Positions 62,149-64,000 of a stretch of DNA of 64,000 nt are shown in pieces. Source of the DNA: Eledone cirrhosa (Eukaryota); NCBI GenBank assembly GCA_964016885.1, contig OZ024740.1, forward strand, positions 211,978,001 through 212,042,000, written 5' to 3'. Under the pieces are notes generated by a model that was given only the letters and a program-made list of their open reading frames with translations, ran no database searches and was not told the origin of the DNA. Numbering within the stretch: the stretch's first letter is position 1; each line of letters starts with the position of its first letter. Both the position numbers and the translations under genes were made by a program.

Positions 62149-63516
62149 TGTGGCACTGATTGTAAGTTAGAGACATATATGTGTGTGTATCACTTTCCCT
62201 CCTTTTACATGCACATACATTCACACAAACACACATACACATTGTGTGATGGACGGGTGGACAGAAGTCCCTCAAATTTATATACATGTGAATGGAGTTC
62301 TACTGAAGCAGTTAGAGAAGTTCAAGTATCTCGGAGCCGTGTTCGTGAGTGATGGAAGGCAGGAGGCTGAATTAAGTGTAACAATTGCAAAAGCTGGTGC
62401 AGTAATGCGGCAGCTTCAGCATTCAGCAATCAGAAGAAGAGGGTAGGTGTAAAAGCCAAATTCGCTGTCTTCCTGGTATTCCTGATAGTTGAGAGATCAC
62501 CACTCCGATATTATGAGTATGTGGTTAGAATGTCTCAGTAGAGAATCGCTGGACACATTTTACAGGCAAAATCAACCGGCAAGAGACCCAGAGATAGACC
62601 CCGAGCAAGATAGTTGGATAACTTCCATGAGCTTGGCTGGTCACGCTTTGGGATCCAGCTGGATTAGCTGGAGATGTTTGAGAAGGACTCTTCTCCACGA
62701 CCCTCTCAGAAATAAGTGGGCGAAGAAGAAGATATTATCAATTTACTTTTCAATTTACATATATATATTTGCGTATAATACCAATATGCACACTACGTAT
62801 GCCAGTAGAAAACCACACGCGGGCGGTTGTTCTGCTAGTAATGTCTAATGTTGAACTATTTCATTTAAATGGTAGCGTTGTTTTGAATCTGTTCTTTTTA
62901 CAAACGTACCTATCATGTAAACATTATTACGGGGTCGATAAAATAAAGTACCAGTAATGCTCTGGTTAATTGCTGGCCTTGTGCCAAACGTAGAAACAAT
63001 TATTAATTTCAAGGGCGGTGGATTGGCAGCATCGGTAGAGGGTCGGACGAAATGCTTTGCAGCATAGTGTTACAGCCCGTTACGGTCTGAGTTCAAATCC
63101 CGCCGAGGTTAACTTTGCCTTTTATCCTTACAGGGTCGATAAAATAAAGTACCAGTAATGCACTGGGATAATTGCTGGCCTTGTGCCAAAAGTAGAAACA
63201 ATTATTAATTTCAACAAAAACATTTTGGCTAAAAGCAGCAATAATAACAAATATGTTTGCTTCTATGCAGTTGCTTGACCTGTTGGAAATAGCAGCCAAA
63301 TTTATTTTGGTCACATCTTGAATAGGGAAAGGACTCTTTGGGTTTAATGCCAAGATGTGACCTAAAGAACTTCTTTTCATTTTAGTATACTATATTTCTT
63401 TTCGGAACTGAAAGAGGGCGTGTTCCGAAAAGAAATATATATTTGTATTGAGAGATCCAAGTTTCAGTTTAACATTTTATTCGTAATCACACCTAACACG
63501 TGTTTCGTGAATCTAT

Positions 63517-63651
<135 letters not shown>

Positions 63652-64000
63652 TTTCACTGTTTTTGGTACATCTGAGGATTTCAATTTACGTTCTTTCTTC
63701 AGTTTTAACTCCCCCTCTTCAATATTTTAATATCTCGCAGTTCTAAATTTAGGACTTTTATCGAATTTATTGTTTTAAACGTTTACAAACACATTTCCTC
63801 GTTTTTGGTACATCTCAAAATTCCTTTTTCAGTTTCAAATTCCTCTCTTCAATGTTTTAGTGCCTCACTGTTCTATTTTTGCAGTTTTTACTCTCTTATT
63901 GAATTTCCTGTTTTAAATGTTTACACACAACATTCATCTTAATATCTTGCATACATTTCGCCACAAATACAGAATCTATTTCTCTGTTTTAGCTCGCTCC

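Larger units (their letters stand above)
59329..62838 (+). mobile_element. Tandem pair of composite modules (59329-61347, 61348-62838) ending in hairpin+CTAG, Helitron-like
   Basis: Both start TTAATATAATGGTTACAGAACGAAAACACT and end GAAAACCAC...GGCGGTT.TTCTGCTAG|T. Confidence 0.6.

Overview
Repeat-rich eukaryotic (metazoan) DNA. The tRNA-derived SINE family, AT/TATG microsatellites and LINE complement suggest a mollusc, probably an octopod cephalopod (inference). The left 40 kb is a large inverted duplication. Its near-identical arms (1-5.2 kb and 34.4-39.6 kb) each carry a long exon encoding an HtrL/YibB-like protein and run inward into oppositely oriented arrays of a 38-bp GC-rich satellite (about 324 and 93 copies). 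The 13-kb spacer between the arrays holds microsatellites, fold-back elements, Penelope-like fragments, R4/Dong-like and RTE-like LINE remnants, and a 400-bp palindrome with a minimal hammerhead ribozyme in each arm. From 39.7 to 52.6 kb, two near full-length but disrupted Tx1/L1-type LINEs and an R4/Dong-like fragment are stacked at (ATT)n tracts. The last 11 kb has Helitron Rep-helicase fragments, a fold-back repeat, SINEs and tandem Helitron-like modules carrying CRE- and RTE-LINE pieces. No rRNA, true tRNA or CRISPR array was seen. All calls are by eye; no searches were run.
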